This document shows, piece after piece, positions 16,205-24,775 of a stretch of 28,121 nt of DNA; position 1 is the first letter of the stretch, and the number at the start of each line of letters is the position of its first letter. The DNA comes from a virus. Lineage: Duplodnaviria; Caudoviricetes. The translations under genes were made by a program, and so were the position numbers. The notes below the pieces were generated by a model, which was given only the letters and a program-made list of their open reading frames with translations, was not told the DNA's origin and did no database searches. Location of the stretch: positions 1-28,121 of the IMG/VR virus record IMGVR_UViG_3300017910_000028. One strand, given 5' to 3'.

Positions 16205-16720
16205 CTAAATCAAGGACCGTATTGTAGGTTTTCGTATGCTTGTTTTAAATACATCACTTAAAAGTCCGGAAACCATTTTTTGAAATTCCACTGATCCTTG
16301 CGGAGAGTAATATTTAGGGGCCGCATATGGGCTTTCCATCCCTCGAAAACCCCTAGCACCCGTCACGCCCTCGTCGCTGGGACGCCTTGGACTCCCACTG
16401 CTGCCCAACAACTGTGGTCCAGAGCCTTTACCGCCTAGTCCTTTAAAGTCATCAGCGTCTAAACCGTCAACAAAGTTTTTAATCTTGTCCGAAAGGTTTG
16501 CTTCTAATAAATCAGAACCTTCATCTTTGGTAGGATTGCTGAAGTCGAGCAACTCGTCGTCTTCTTCTGATGCGCCAATGTTTAATTCGTCGTTAGCATC
16601 TAATGCGTCAGCTTCCCTGTTCATTTTCATGATAGCACGGACATCTTCCATACCATCATCGAAATCATTCATAGCCATATCAGCTGTTGATGGATGGAAA
16701 CCTGTAGAAATGCCTCCCAT
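16205..16720 (-). CDS. Acidic low-complexity protein, probably virion-internal
   Basis: ATG 16720 with AGGAG SD just after the upstream stop. Confidence 0.6.
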   Translation of the reverse strand: MGGISTGFHPSTADMAMNDFDDGMEDVRAIMKMNREADALDANDELNIGASEEDDELLDFSNPTKDEGSDLLEANLSDKIKNFVDGLDADDFKGLGGKGSGPQLLGSSGSPRRPSDEGVTGARGFRGMESPYAAPKYYSPQGSVEFQKMVSGLLSDVFKTSIRKPTIRSLI

Positions 16721-16722
16721 GT

Positions 16723-17850
16723 CTAAGCTCCTACCTCGCGACAGCAAACGTGATCAAATGACTCAGCATGGTTATACACTGTTTCATAGCTAACTCTAAG
16801 GTAACCATCGTTGCCCTCAATGACAGCTTCTGGCACAACCTCCATAACTTCTTGTGCAATGACGCCATACTCAGGCTGATCCCCGGCAATATCCTTACCC
16901 TCTTCTGTCCAGTTCCAAGTGTACAGCTTAATGCCATTGTTAAGTTTACCAACTTGTTTAATGTTGGTTTTAAGTTTAACATCTGAAAAGAACGGAGCCA
17001 CTGCACCAACTGCACTTACTGTTTGCTGGAACGGACTTGGACCACCTGAGAACGCTTGTGAGGTAAAGCCAGAGCTTTGGTTCTGGAAGGTTGTAGAAGT
17101 ACCAAGGCCAGCCAAGCCACCTAAAAGGTTAGACAAGTTAATCAGCTGTTCTCTCTGTGCCTCTTGAGGCTGCTGTGTCAATCGCGCTTGGTCTGCCAAT
17201 CTTGCAGCTTCTCTGGTTTCGAGGTCTCTGCCCACTGCTTCCTGCAAAGATGGCTGTGCCAACTGTGCCTGTAGCTGTTGTTGAGCAAATCCGGGCGCTC
17301 TGTCGGCAGCGCCTATGCGCCTCTGCTCTGCTCGACCAAGTGACTCTGCCAACTGCCTCTGTACAGTTTCTTCCCTCAGTCTTTGTTGGTTTTGCTGTAG
17401 CTCTTCAAGGGCTGTGCTACCTAAGCCAAACTGTCCTGCCTGTATGGCTTGCGTCTGAGCAAGGAGTTTATCACGCTCTGTAAGCCTACGAGCTTGATCT
17501 GCAATGGCACCTGTTTCGGCTAAGAATAGCGGGTCTTGGCTAGGGTCTGCCATGCCTCTGGTTAAATCAGCTTGGTACAACTGTTGGAAATCCGGAGCAA
17601 AACCTGCTGCCGTTTGTCCAAGATTGGCAAAACCTTGTCTAGCTGCTAAAGTTTCAGCAGTGTCCTGTGGCACTAAAGATTCTTGAAACAGCACAGGATC
17701 AATTGAAAACTGTTCCTCAATTCTCGGAAGCAAGTCTTCAATAAAAGGCTCTACAGGAGCATATGGTTTAACTTCTCCGCTACCGCTTGCTGCAACCTGT
17801 TGCGGCTGTTGTATAACTACCGGAGGAGGACTACTAAAAAAACTGCTCAT
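16723..17850 (-). CDS. Gln-rich ejection/DNA-transfer-type protein with C-terminal peptidase S74 intramolecular chaperone
   Basis: FSDVKLKTNI..LYTWNW..GVIAQEV..VPEAV..GYLRVSY; body is a Gln/Ala-rich coiled coil. Confidence 0.8.
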   Translation of the reverse strand: MSSFFSSPPPVVIQQPQQVAASGSGEVKPYAPVEPFIEDLLPRIEEQFSIDPVLFQESLVPQDTAETLAARQGFANLGQTAAGFAPDFQQLYQADLTRGMADPSQDPLFLAETGAIADQARRLTERDKLLAQTQAIQAGQFGLGSTALEELQQNQQRLREETVQRQLAESLGRAEQRRIGAADRAPGFAQQQLQAQLAQPSLQEAVGRDLETREAARLADQARLTQQPQEAQREQLINLSNLLGGLAGLGTSTTFQNQSSGFTSQAFSGGPSPFQQTVSAVGAVAPFFSDVKLKTNIKQVGKLNNGIKLYTWNWTEEGKDIAGDQPEYGVIAQEVMEVVPEAVIEGNDGYLRVSYETVYNHAESFDHVCCREVGA

Positions 17851-17851
17851 C

Positions 17852-18361
17852 TTACAGTGTCTTTCTCAAGGTTATAGTTTTAAATTCATATCCTAAAGGT
17901 GCCATGATTTTTTCCCAACCTCTTCGACCTGTCATTTCCCAAAACTCGTATCCTAAATCTTTGTAATATTCTTCAATTTTAGGAACAATATTTTTAAAAT
18001 CAAAATCAGGACTATCTGTACTCATAGCTTCTGCAAGTATTCCTGTTTTTTGAGGATAGTAGGCAAACCCTATTACAAAACATCCTTTAATGTTATCTTC
18101 CTTGTCGTAGGCAATCCACAAGTCGCTTTGTCCTTTAGAGACTCGTTTAACCAAATCATTAGCATTATAAATATCAGAGCATAGGCTCCGTTGTATTGTT
18201 TTTTCAAAGTAGTCATAACATTTAGACAATTTTAACCACAAAGAACTGTGTTTGTAATTTGCAAATTTATAGTTTAACCCATGCTCCAGCGGAATTTCTA
18301 AAATAAATTCCTTCTCCTGATCCGGGGTTCCAAGTACTGCCATCAGCATATCTAATATCAC
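17852..18361 (-). CDS. GNAT-fold-like virion assembly protein; start uncertain
   Basis: C-terminal 'LGYEFWEMTGRRGWEKIMAPLGY'; position before the ejection genes. GTG 18361 overlaps the previous gene by 95 nt; TTG 18241 is an alternative. Confidence 0.6.
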   Translation of the reverse strand: MILDMLMAVLGTPDQEKEFILEIPLEHGLNYKFANYKHSSLWLKLSKCYDYFEKTIQRSLCSDIYNANDLVKRVSKGQSDLWIAYDKEDNIKGCFVIGFAYYPQKTGILAEAMSTDSPDFDFKNIVPKIEEYYKDLGYEFWEMTGRRGWEKIMAPLGYEFKTITLRKTL

Positions 18362-18536
18362 CTTGTTGCGGTTTGTCAGGTTCTACATAAACTACGTCTA
18401 AATGCCCATCCCTTAATAGGTCTAGCACCACTTTTACCTGTAAAAGCATCTCATCTATAAATTTTGGAATACCCTCTAAATCCTGTGGACACGTTGAAGG
18501 ATCAAACCTTAAAAACTCTGTTGACGGCGTACTCAT
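18267..18536 (-). CDS. Small tail-associated protein
   Basis: EPDKPQQGDIRYADGSTWNPGSGEGIYF; ATGA coupling. Confidence 0.7.
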   Translation of the reverse strand: MSTPSTEFLRFDPSTCPQDLEGIPKFIDEMLLQVKVVLDLLRDGHLDVVYVEPDKPQQGDIRYADGSTWNPGSGEGIYFRNSAGAWVKL

Positions 18537-20101
18537 CTGTCAGACACTACCTCTGCCTCTATAGCCATTCCAGATAGCTCAAATTGGGTATCAGCACTGC
18601 TTTCTATTTTGATAGCAATGTATCTACCTTTAACTCTACAATCTACTTTAAAGTCTGTACCTATCTCAAAAGCCACTGGATCATTATAGGATACGCCTTG
18701 AAACGGTTGTAACTCAGCGCCGACACTTATATTAACACTACCCGTCCCTTCTATTCTAGGAAACACCCTAGTAACAGATTTAACAGCATCTGTGCGACCA
18801 GAGTGTAAACCAACTCGTTCTAATTTTGTTAGGAAACTAGTTCCGTCAAACGTAGTTGAGGAATCAGCTAGGTAAAATTTAGTGTCGTTTGTGCCGCACA
18901 TTAGTAATGAGTTGATTACAGGGTTGTACGGTGCTTGCGCCCAATTAAGAGTATACTTTTCCCAAGTTGCTGTGGATGCTGTCCAAGTATTAGCCAAAAC
19001 AGGATTTACAACGCCCTTGGCAATATAGTTGACGTTTGGCAAATCTCTGGTAGACCACGTGTTATCTTGATAGTTCCATATTACAGCAGAGTCAGGAAAA
19101 TTATTGACAGCGTTAGTTGCAGGATAGCAAATCCAAACTTCTGATTTGTGTTTGTTATGTACTAAAAATGTTTTGTCAGCGGCAGAAGAATCAATCTCTC
19201 CAAATAAGAAGTCCTTAACTCTGTCTTCAATTACGCTTTTAACACTGTTACCATTGTGTACGACAACATCGTCAGTGGTCATTAAAACATGACTACCATT
19301 ACCAAGATCGACTACAGCCTCTTTCGCAAACAATCCTGTATCTTTAAACTTTTGTCTAACTTGAAAAGTAAACGCACCGCCTACAAAGTTGAGAGCATAT
19401 ATGCTGTCCTCTAAGTAAACTATTAATTCGTTGCCCATTTGCAGAGCGTTGACAATATGACCCTCTGCTGACGATATAGAGGTTTCAGCAGATTGTGAAG
19501 CTGCACTTCCAGTATTCCAAGTGTTTGTTCCGTTAGTTGCTGCACCTGCTGGTATAGCGTCACTCCATCTAATTGTGAAAGGTTTTTCTGTACCAGAGTC
19601 GGTAAGATTGAGAGCAATTAGATGATTTTTAAATGGCACAATTAATTTACATTTTAAAGTAGACGGCCAATCTGGCAAATCTGTAAACAGGCTACCGGAT
19701 TGAGTTAAGCTTTGAGGTACGTCTAAACCATTGGTTAGAACCAATACGCCACCTAGGACACCACCACACCAATTGTTTGAAGTTCCTGTCAAAGTAGTAT
19801 ACGCTCCACTGCTGCGTGTTACAGCTGCGTGGGTAGTGCCTGTAATTTTGTGTAAAGAGGTAGCACCGCCGTATATCCATAGGCTATTACTACCTTGTAA
19901 AAAGTCAATAGCCCACAGTGGAGGTACTGTCGGGGTTCCTAACACTTGAGAATGACCTAAGATTTTACCAGCTTTGCCATCCACAAATCTAGCATTTTGG
20001 ACATCGCTAAAAAACGATGGGCCCATATCATATGGGGATAAGTCCTTGTTTAAGGAAAAGGCCCCTTGCTTGGATGATATGTCAAATATTTGTTTAGCCA
20101 T
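18533..20101 (-). CDS. Tail stabilisation/nozzle protein (P22 gp10 / tubular B-like)
   Basis: 522 aa beta-propeller-like, TIRWSD, SEVWICYP, VKGRYIAIKIES; synteny. Confidence 0.8.
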   Translation of the reverse strand: MAKQIFDISSKQGAFSLNKDLSPYDMGPSFFSDVQNARFVDGKAGKILGHSQVLGTPTVPPLWAIDFLQGSNSLWIYGGATSLHKITGTTHAAVTRSSGAYTTLTGTSNNWCGGVLGGVLVLTNGLDVPQSLTQSGSLFTDLPDWPSTLKCKLIVPFKNHLIALNLTDSGTEKPFTIRWSDAIPAGAATNGTNTWNTGSAASQSAETSISSAEGHIVNALQMGNELIVYLEDSIYALNFVGGAFTFQVRQKFKDTGLFAKEAVVDLGNGSHVLMTTDDVVVHNGNSVKSVIEDRVKDFLFGEIDSSAADKTFLVHNKHKSEVWICYPATNAVNNFPDSAVIWNYQDNTWSTRDLPNVNYIAKGVVNPVLANTWTASTATWEKYTLNWAQAPYNPVINSLLMCGTNDTKFYLADSSTTFDGTSFLTKLERVGLHSGRTDAVKSVTRVFPRIEGTGSVNISVGAELQPFQGVSYNDPVAFEIGTDFKVDCRVKGRYIAIKIESSADTQFELSGMAIEAEVVSDR

Positions 20102-20300
20102 TGCCAGTAGCTTCGTCAGTTGTCCACACTACATCTTTAAACTCTGCCCTAGCAATAAATTTGTTATCTTCAGTTAGCAAGTTTCCACCTTCTTCTTGTA
20201 TAATATTAAAATTATCAAGAACCCAATTAGTACCTCCAGTCTTACTAACCCTGCGCCCCACGCCGCCGTCAATTGTGATACTTGGAAATTTTGTAGTCAT
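20094..20300 (-). CDS. Small structural protein, 68 aa
   Basis: TAATG coupling, GAGG SD, IIQEEGGNLLTED motif. Confidence 0.65.
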   Translation of the reverse strand: MTTKFPSITIDGGVGRRVSKTGGTNWVLDNFNIIQEEGGNLLTEDNKFIARAEFKDVVWTTDEATGNG

Positions 20301-20950
20301 TACGCACCTCTACGAACTAAGGAGCCCGGATCACCTTGCACGGTCATGGCCATAACATTACCACCGTACCTAGCTTTTTCTTCTGACTCCTTAATATCTA
20401 CCAAGGTTCTGTTAAAGATAGCGTCAAATCTGGTAATTTCCTCAGAGTCGTTTAGGAATATAGCACCTTCTAAACACGCGCCGTAAAGATACAACGCTGG
20501 AAACTCTGTTAAAATGTTGTTGGTAGTAACACTGTCTGACAAACTGGCCAATGTGCTATAGTAAACTAGCTCTACAGTGTACGCTGCATCAGGTGTAGGA
20601 ATAATTTTTATTGTTTTGCCAAAACTAGAGTAAGATCGTGGCACACCATTTGCGGTAGTGCCATATTCCCTAGTTCCAGATTCTGGAGTCATGTAGGAAA
20701 GAGCAGTTTTATTATTTCCGGAAACATAGCTAACACTTCTAAGCTCAATAAGGTCAGCTGGAAAATCATAGATGTCTGTTCCAGAGGTAGTAGTAGTGGT
20801 TACCCTACTTACATTAGCCCTTGCTCTCAGTTCTCTATTAATACGATTTTCTGTAAGCGTTATAAAATCAGGGATAACGCTTGTGAGATCGTCCCTGTTA
20901 AGGTAGTTTGCTACAGATGTTTTGAGTTCTGAAAACGTAGAAAGAGCCAT
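20300..20950 (-). CDS. Head-tail adaptor / tail tubular A-like protein
   Basis: MALSTFSELKTSVANYLNRDDLT..IPDFI.L.E..INR.LR; TNNILTEFPALYLYGAC. Confidence 0.85.
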   Translation of the reverse strand: MALSTFSELKTSVANYLNRDDLTSVIPDFITLTENRINRELRARANVSRVTTTTTSGTDIYDFPADLIELRSVSYVSGNNKTALSYMTPESGTREYGTTANGVPRSYSSFGKTIKIIPTPDAAYTVELVYYSTLASLSDSVTTNNILTEFPALYLYGACLEGAIFLNDSEEITRFDAIFNRTLVDIKESEEKARYGGNVMAMTVQGDPGSLVRRGA

Positions 20951-21258
20951 TATAGTCTGCCTTCTTTAGTCCTAAAAAATCTATTTTCCGGATCATTCAG
21001 AAGCTGTTTAATTTTAGGCCAGTCATTCTTGTTCATAATATCTATGCCAAGTTCTTTTTTCCACTTTTCAATAACTACCAGTGGAATGCTGGCTACTTTA
21101 CGCATACCAACAGCATTGTCACCAATGCCATACATAGAATCTCCCGTCAACTCTTTTTTGTTTAGCTCTAAGAGAGGCTCTACATCTTGCACACTGTGCA
21201 ATATAACTTTATCTTCACCGTGATCGTATTTAAATTTTGTTTTAATAGGGTCAGTCAT
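20950..21258 (-). CDS. Conserved phage protein downstream of the capsid gene
   Basis: QDVEPLLELNK, KVASIP.VVIEKW, LNDPENRFFRT. Confidence 0.8.
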   Translation of the reverse strand: MTDPIKTKFKYDHGEDKVILHSVQDVEPLLELNKKELTGDSMYGIGDNAVGMRKVASIPLVVIEKWKKELGIDIMNKNDWPKIKQLLNDPENRFFRTKEGRL

Positions 21259-21273
21259 GTTTACTCTCTAAAT

Positions 21274-21298
21274 GGGGGAGAGTAGTTAGCCCTCCCCC
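21274..21298 (-). terminator. GC-rich hairpin after the major capsid gene (leaky terminator or mRNA stabiliser)
   Basis: Minus strand GGGGGAGGG-CTAACTA-CTCTCCCCC, then only ATTTAG. Confidence 0.6.
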
Positions 21299-21306
21299 TG
21301 CTTAGA

Positions 21307-22263
21307 TTAACCGATGTCGTATACAGCGCCAAGAGCTTTCTCGTTTTTACAAACAAGAGTATACTCAGTAATAATTGCACGCTGCTCACCATCAGACGTA
21401 CTGGCAACTTCCTTCTGGAAGAACGGACGCAGATAAGCTACTCCGTAATACTCAGGGTCAAGCAACCAGACATCACGGGCGCGCTGGAGTCGGTTAGGAA
21501 CAACGGCCATTTCGCCAAAGTCACTAACATAAACATCCATGCCACCAATGATGCGTTGATCGGCCGTATCGGTAAAGTTGGAAACGCCGCTGGCACCACC
21601 AACGCCAACAAAGCTAGAGAACGTCTGCTTTGCCGAAGGAGCCATCATCAAATATTGGATGTCGGCACCTTCATTGTAAGCCGAAACAATTGCTGCTTTC
21701 AGCAGTGTTTCTGTAAACGCACGGGCAGAACCGTCTGAACGAGCAGCAGCACCTGCGCCTGACCCGTTAGAACCGTTCGATGCTTTAGAAATGTTGGTAT
21801 TGACCCAAGTGGTCAGCGAACCAAGTTTACGAACCGTGCTGTCAGCAGACATCGCAGTTTTAGCTTGGTTGACGCCTACCAAAGTACGTTCCATGTCGCG
21901 CTTGAGTTCTTTAGAACGCTTAGACATTTGATAAGCAAGTTCTTCATTACGGCCTGCTTTCGAGACCGCATCAAGAGTACCAGATACCAAAGTCGTTTTG
22001 AGACTGATCTGACAAATGTTACCGACACGGGTGGTAGCTGCTGGCTCTGATGCCGTAAGCGTAGCACCTTCTTCGTTAAAGTTGTCAGCAGCTGCTGCTA
22101 GGGAGTCAGTCTGCCATTCGTGATTAACTGCAATTGCATCTGTGCGACCGCCCATAGACATGAAGGGCGTATCAGTTGGGGAAATATCGTAAATTACATT
22201 CTCCAAGTCTTCCCGAAGACCAACAGAGGAGAATGAAACATATACACCAGTTGGCTGTGCCAT
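21307..22263 (-). CDS. Major capsid protein (DUF5309/SU10-type, HK97 fold)
   Basis: GLREDL..IYDISPTDTPF, HEWQTDSL, GNICQI, ELKRDME, YVSDFG; AGGAGG SD. Confidence 0.93.
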   Translation of the reverse strand: MAQPTGVYVSFSSVGLREDLENVIYDISPTDTPFMSMGGRTDAIAVNHEWQTDSLAAAADNFNEEGATLTASEPAATTRVGNICQISLKTTLVSGTLDAVSKAGRNEELAYQMSKRSKELKRDMERTLVGVNQAKTAMSADSTVRKLGSLTTWVNTNISKASNGSNGSGAGAAARSDGSARAFTETLLKAAIVSAYNEGADIQYLMMAPSAKQTFSSFVGVGGASGVSNFTDTADQRIIGGMDVYVSDFGEMAVVPNRLQRARDVWLLDPEYYGVAYLRPFFQKEVASTSDGEQRAIITEYTLVCKNEKALGAVYDIG

Positions 22264-22283
22264 GTGTAGTTCCTCCTAAAAGG

Positions 22284-23267
22284 TTATGAGATTAAATCCA
22301 GAAAAACATTTGCGGCGTCTCTGGCATTACCTGTTTTTGCTAATCTCTCTCGTTTAACCTGAGCGGCCTTTTTGACTCTTTGTGTTTTAGTCTGAGGCGT
22401 TCCTGATTTAACGACCTTGGGAGCAACTTTAACTTTTTTAACACCCTTAGTTGCATTGTCCTGCAACATAGCTTTGTGCAATACCAATACAACTCTGTGA
22501 TCAGTAATGCTATCTATTTCATTAGCTGGAAAACCAAGACTAAGCGCATAGTTTCTAAGATCAGTTTTTAAAGTTGACCCCGGCTCAGAATACTCTGGTA
22601 AAGCCTTAGCTAGAAGTTCTGCCTCTTGCTGTACCTTCTGAGTTACTATTTCATTAAACTCTTGCTGAGACTGCTGCTTCACTCTGGCGCGTTCGTTATT
22701 CAGCTGAGTTACTCTGTCCTTAGCTTCTTGATACTCAAGACGCTTCTCCATGTATTCCATTGGGTCTTCGTCTTTAAGTTCTTTCCAGTCAATGTTCTCA
22801 AACCGCTGTAATTCATAATTTTGGTTTTGAGACATTTGCTCCAAAACTTGGGCATACTGTTGACGCTCGTTTTGGACCGCTTGTAGATTAGCCTCGTAAG
22901 CCTTACGTTGCTCTGCTAGAGATTGCGATTTACGTGTGTAATCCGCTTGCCGCTGATAACCATCTCGTAACTCGTCCAGTGTAACCTCAAACTCTTCACC
23001 GTCTACTTTAACAGTGTAAGCTTGTACGGTCTCTGTAGGAGTTTCTTCGTCAGCTACCTCGTACTCATCTACCTCTTCAAACTCTTCGGAAACTTCTTCT
23101 TCGGCCTCGTCAAAGGCTTCAGCTTCATACTCTTCTGAGTTGTCTGAGGTAGGTTCTTCGATTGTTTGTTCCGGATTAGTGTTTTCCTCACTTCCAAACA
23201 TGACATCGAACATTGTAAGTTGTGGCTGTTTGACTTCCCCTTCGGGATTGGTCTGTGCCTCACTCAT
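22284..23267 (-). CDS. Capsid scaffolding protein
   Basis: Acidic N-terminus, YTVKVDGEEFEVTLDEL..GYQRQADYTRKSQ, coiled coil, basic C-terminus. Confidence 0.9.
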   Translation of the reverse strand: MSEAQTNPEGEVKQPQLTMFDVMFGSEENTNPEQTIEEPTSDNSEEYEAEAFDEAEEEVSEEFEEVDEYEVADEETPTETVQAYTVKVDGEEFEVTLDELRDGYQRQADYTRKSQSLAEQRKAYEANLQAVQNERQQYAQVLEQMSQNQNYELQRFENIDWKELKDEDPMEYMEKRLEYQEAKDRVTQLNNERARVKQQSQQEFNEIVTQKVQQEAELLAKALPEYSEPGSTLKTDLRNYALSLGFPANEIDSITDHRVVLVLHKAMLQDNATKGVKKVKVAPKVVKSGTPQTKTQRVKKAAQVKRERLAKTGNARDAANVFLDLIS

Positions 23268-23506
23268 TAGTTTTCTCCGTTTTCAATTTTGTCGCTGTGT
23301 ATAAAAGCTTGCAGGTCTTCCTTAACGGAACTCAAAGCGTTTAACTTCATCCAGCAAAGTTCTCTTTCTTCTACAGTGTCAGCTATTGTCCATTGGGATA
23401 TTAGCCTGTTACTTAAATTCTCTAGTGTTTGTTTAAACACTGGGTTTTCAAGAATTATACTAGCTTGACTAGCTTGCTCTCTTGATAAAGTTGATGGGTT
23501 AGGCAT
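23267..23506 (-). CDS. Small helical head-module protein, 79 aa
   Basis: ILENPVF..QW..EERE..W pattern; TAATG coupling to the scaffold. Confidence 0.75.
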   Translation of the reverse strand: MPNPSTLSREQASQASIILENPVFKQTLENLSNRLISQWTIADTVEERELCWMKLNALSSVKEDLQAFIHSDKIENGEN

Positions 23507-23510
23507 AAAT

Positions 23511-23597
23511 TTATTTTTTCATCTTCTTCTTTTTCATTATTTTTTTCTTAGGCTTCATCATACCGTTTCCGTTTTTCTTTCCGTAATGTCCCGGCAT
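23511..23597 (-). CDS. Lys/Met-rich micropeptide, 28 aa (not in ORF track)
   Basis: MPGHYGKKNGNGMMKPKKKIMKKKKMKK; AGGAG SD; fills the gap. Confidence 0.7.
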   Translation of the reverse strand: MPGHYGKKNGNGMMKPKKKIMKKKKMKK

Positions 23598-23606
23598 AGT
23601 ATTCTC

Positions 23607-23858
23607 CTACCATTTTTTACATGACCAGTATCTGGCCGTTAGTTTACTAGGGGGGCTAGAATCGCAACGGTGCCTAGCCCGAAAACTTTTACGTCGTTTT
23701 GGTTGGTCTTTCTTAATAGACATATTAGGATCACCGTAGCGTATTAGGCGAACCTGATTGCCTTGCTTTGCCAATACAGCAAACTTTTTCTTTTTACCCG
23801 GAGTCCGCTTTGGTTTGTTGTATCCGGAAAACTTCTCACCTCTGTAGTTTATTGCCAT
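23607..23858 (-). CDS. Small basic protein (DUF6321-like)
   Basis: YNKPKRTP..KKKFAVLAK..IRYGDPNM..RRKSFRARH.C..ARYWSCK.W. Confidence 0.8.
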   Translation of the reverse strand: MAINYRGEKFSGYNKPKRTPGKKKKFAVLAKQGNQVRLIRYGDPNMSIKKDQPKRRKSFRARHRCDSSPPSKLTARYWSCKKW

Positions 23859-23859
23859 G

Positions 23860-24348
23860 TCAAGTCTTTATAATAAAGTTGATAGGTTGTACTTTCAAAA
23901 CGTCTGTTCCAGAAGAGGCAGTAGCAGTTTGAGACGTGCCTAAAACAAACCCGCTTCCTACACCTGCGGCAAAAAATGTCCTAAAATCTGGAACATTGAA
24001 GTTACTTCCCGAACCGCCAAAGGTGGTTCCTATCACTCCAAACAAAACAGAATAGGTAGAGGTAGAATAAGATGAACCATCACACAGTAAAAAATCGTTT
24101 ATGCCACTAATTGTTTGAGTAGTAGGTATTGAGTTAGATGCGAACATCATAACCGTACCCGTCTCAAACCCCAATTTATTTAACTGCGATGCTGTTGGAT
24201 TAACAGCGGTGGTTCCTAAATTTGGAAACTGTGTCTGAAGGACGGTCTTTACAAGGCGAATATGATCGTCACCTTCCGATACATTATCACCAGCAGCTGG
24301 GTTAGATGCACTTAGTTGGCTAATAAAGCTGGCAGATTCTACTGTCAT
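23860..24348 (-). CDS. Short tail-collar domain protein
   Basis: GTVMMFA, FLLCDGSSYS...LFGVIGTTFGG..FNVPDFR, INFIIKT. Confidence 0.88.
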   Translation of the reverse strand: MTVESASFISQLSASNPAAGDNVSEGDDHIRLVKTVLQTQFPNLGTTAVNPTASQLNKLGFETGTVMMFASNSIPTTQTISGINDFLLCDGSSYSTSTYSVLFGVIGTTFGGSGSNFNVPDFRTFFAAGVGSGFVLGTSQTATASSGTDVLKVQPINFIIKT

Positions 24349-24366
24349 TTGCCTAGTCCTTAGTTT

Positions 24367-24395
24367 ATTTTACCATTATTTTAAGCAGTTGTCAA
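24367..24395 (-). promoter_or_regulatory. Sigma70-type promoter upstream of the collar/head genes
   Basis: TTGACA (24395-24390), 17-nt spacer, TAAAAT (24372-24367), with extended -10 TG; in a 48-nt gap. Confidence 0.8.
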
Positions 24396-24396
24396 G

Positions 24397-24774
24397 TTAA
24401 TGTGATGTTTCTTTGGCATTAGCCGGACTACCTTCTGCTAAAATGTAGCCAGCTTGCAAATCTGTATTAGGATCATACAGTTTTAAAATGCTCATTTGTT
24501 TTTTTCTGTGGTCCTGATAACCAGATATTACAGAATACACACTTAGCAAAATAGGAGGAAAAATGCGGCTACAATTCCCATCAAACTGTTTCGTTGTTAG
24601 AACAGTAAGATATTTCTGCAAAGTTGTAGAGTCTGCAAGAGCAACGTCCATTATGTCTTTTTCCTCACGGCACATAAAAAACACGCTCACCTTATCATTT
24701 TTACTCCAAGTATCCCCAACAGCTGTGTGTAAAGTCAATACGGAAAATATTAAAGTTAAAATAAGTATTTTCAT
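24397..24774 (-). CDS. Putative exported protein with Sec signal peptide
   Basis: MKILILTLIFSVLTLHTAVG-DTW; two Cys; AGGA SD. Confidence 0.7.
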   Translation of the reverse strand: MKILILTLIFSVLTLHTAVGDTWSKNDKVSVFFMCREEKDIMDVALADSTTLQKYLTVLTTKQFDGNCSRIFPPILLSVYSVISGYQDHRKKQMSILKLYDPNTDLQAGYILAEGSPANAKETSH

Positions 24775-24775
24775 T

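Noticed and set aside
11725-17686. Many + strand ORFs over the ejection genes
   Set aside because: Antisense shadows of long coding frames, with no recognisable domains.
21307-21360. T7 gp10B-style capsid frameshift
   Set aside because: No convincing slippery heptamer was seen near the capsid stop.
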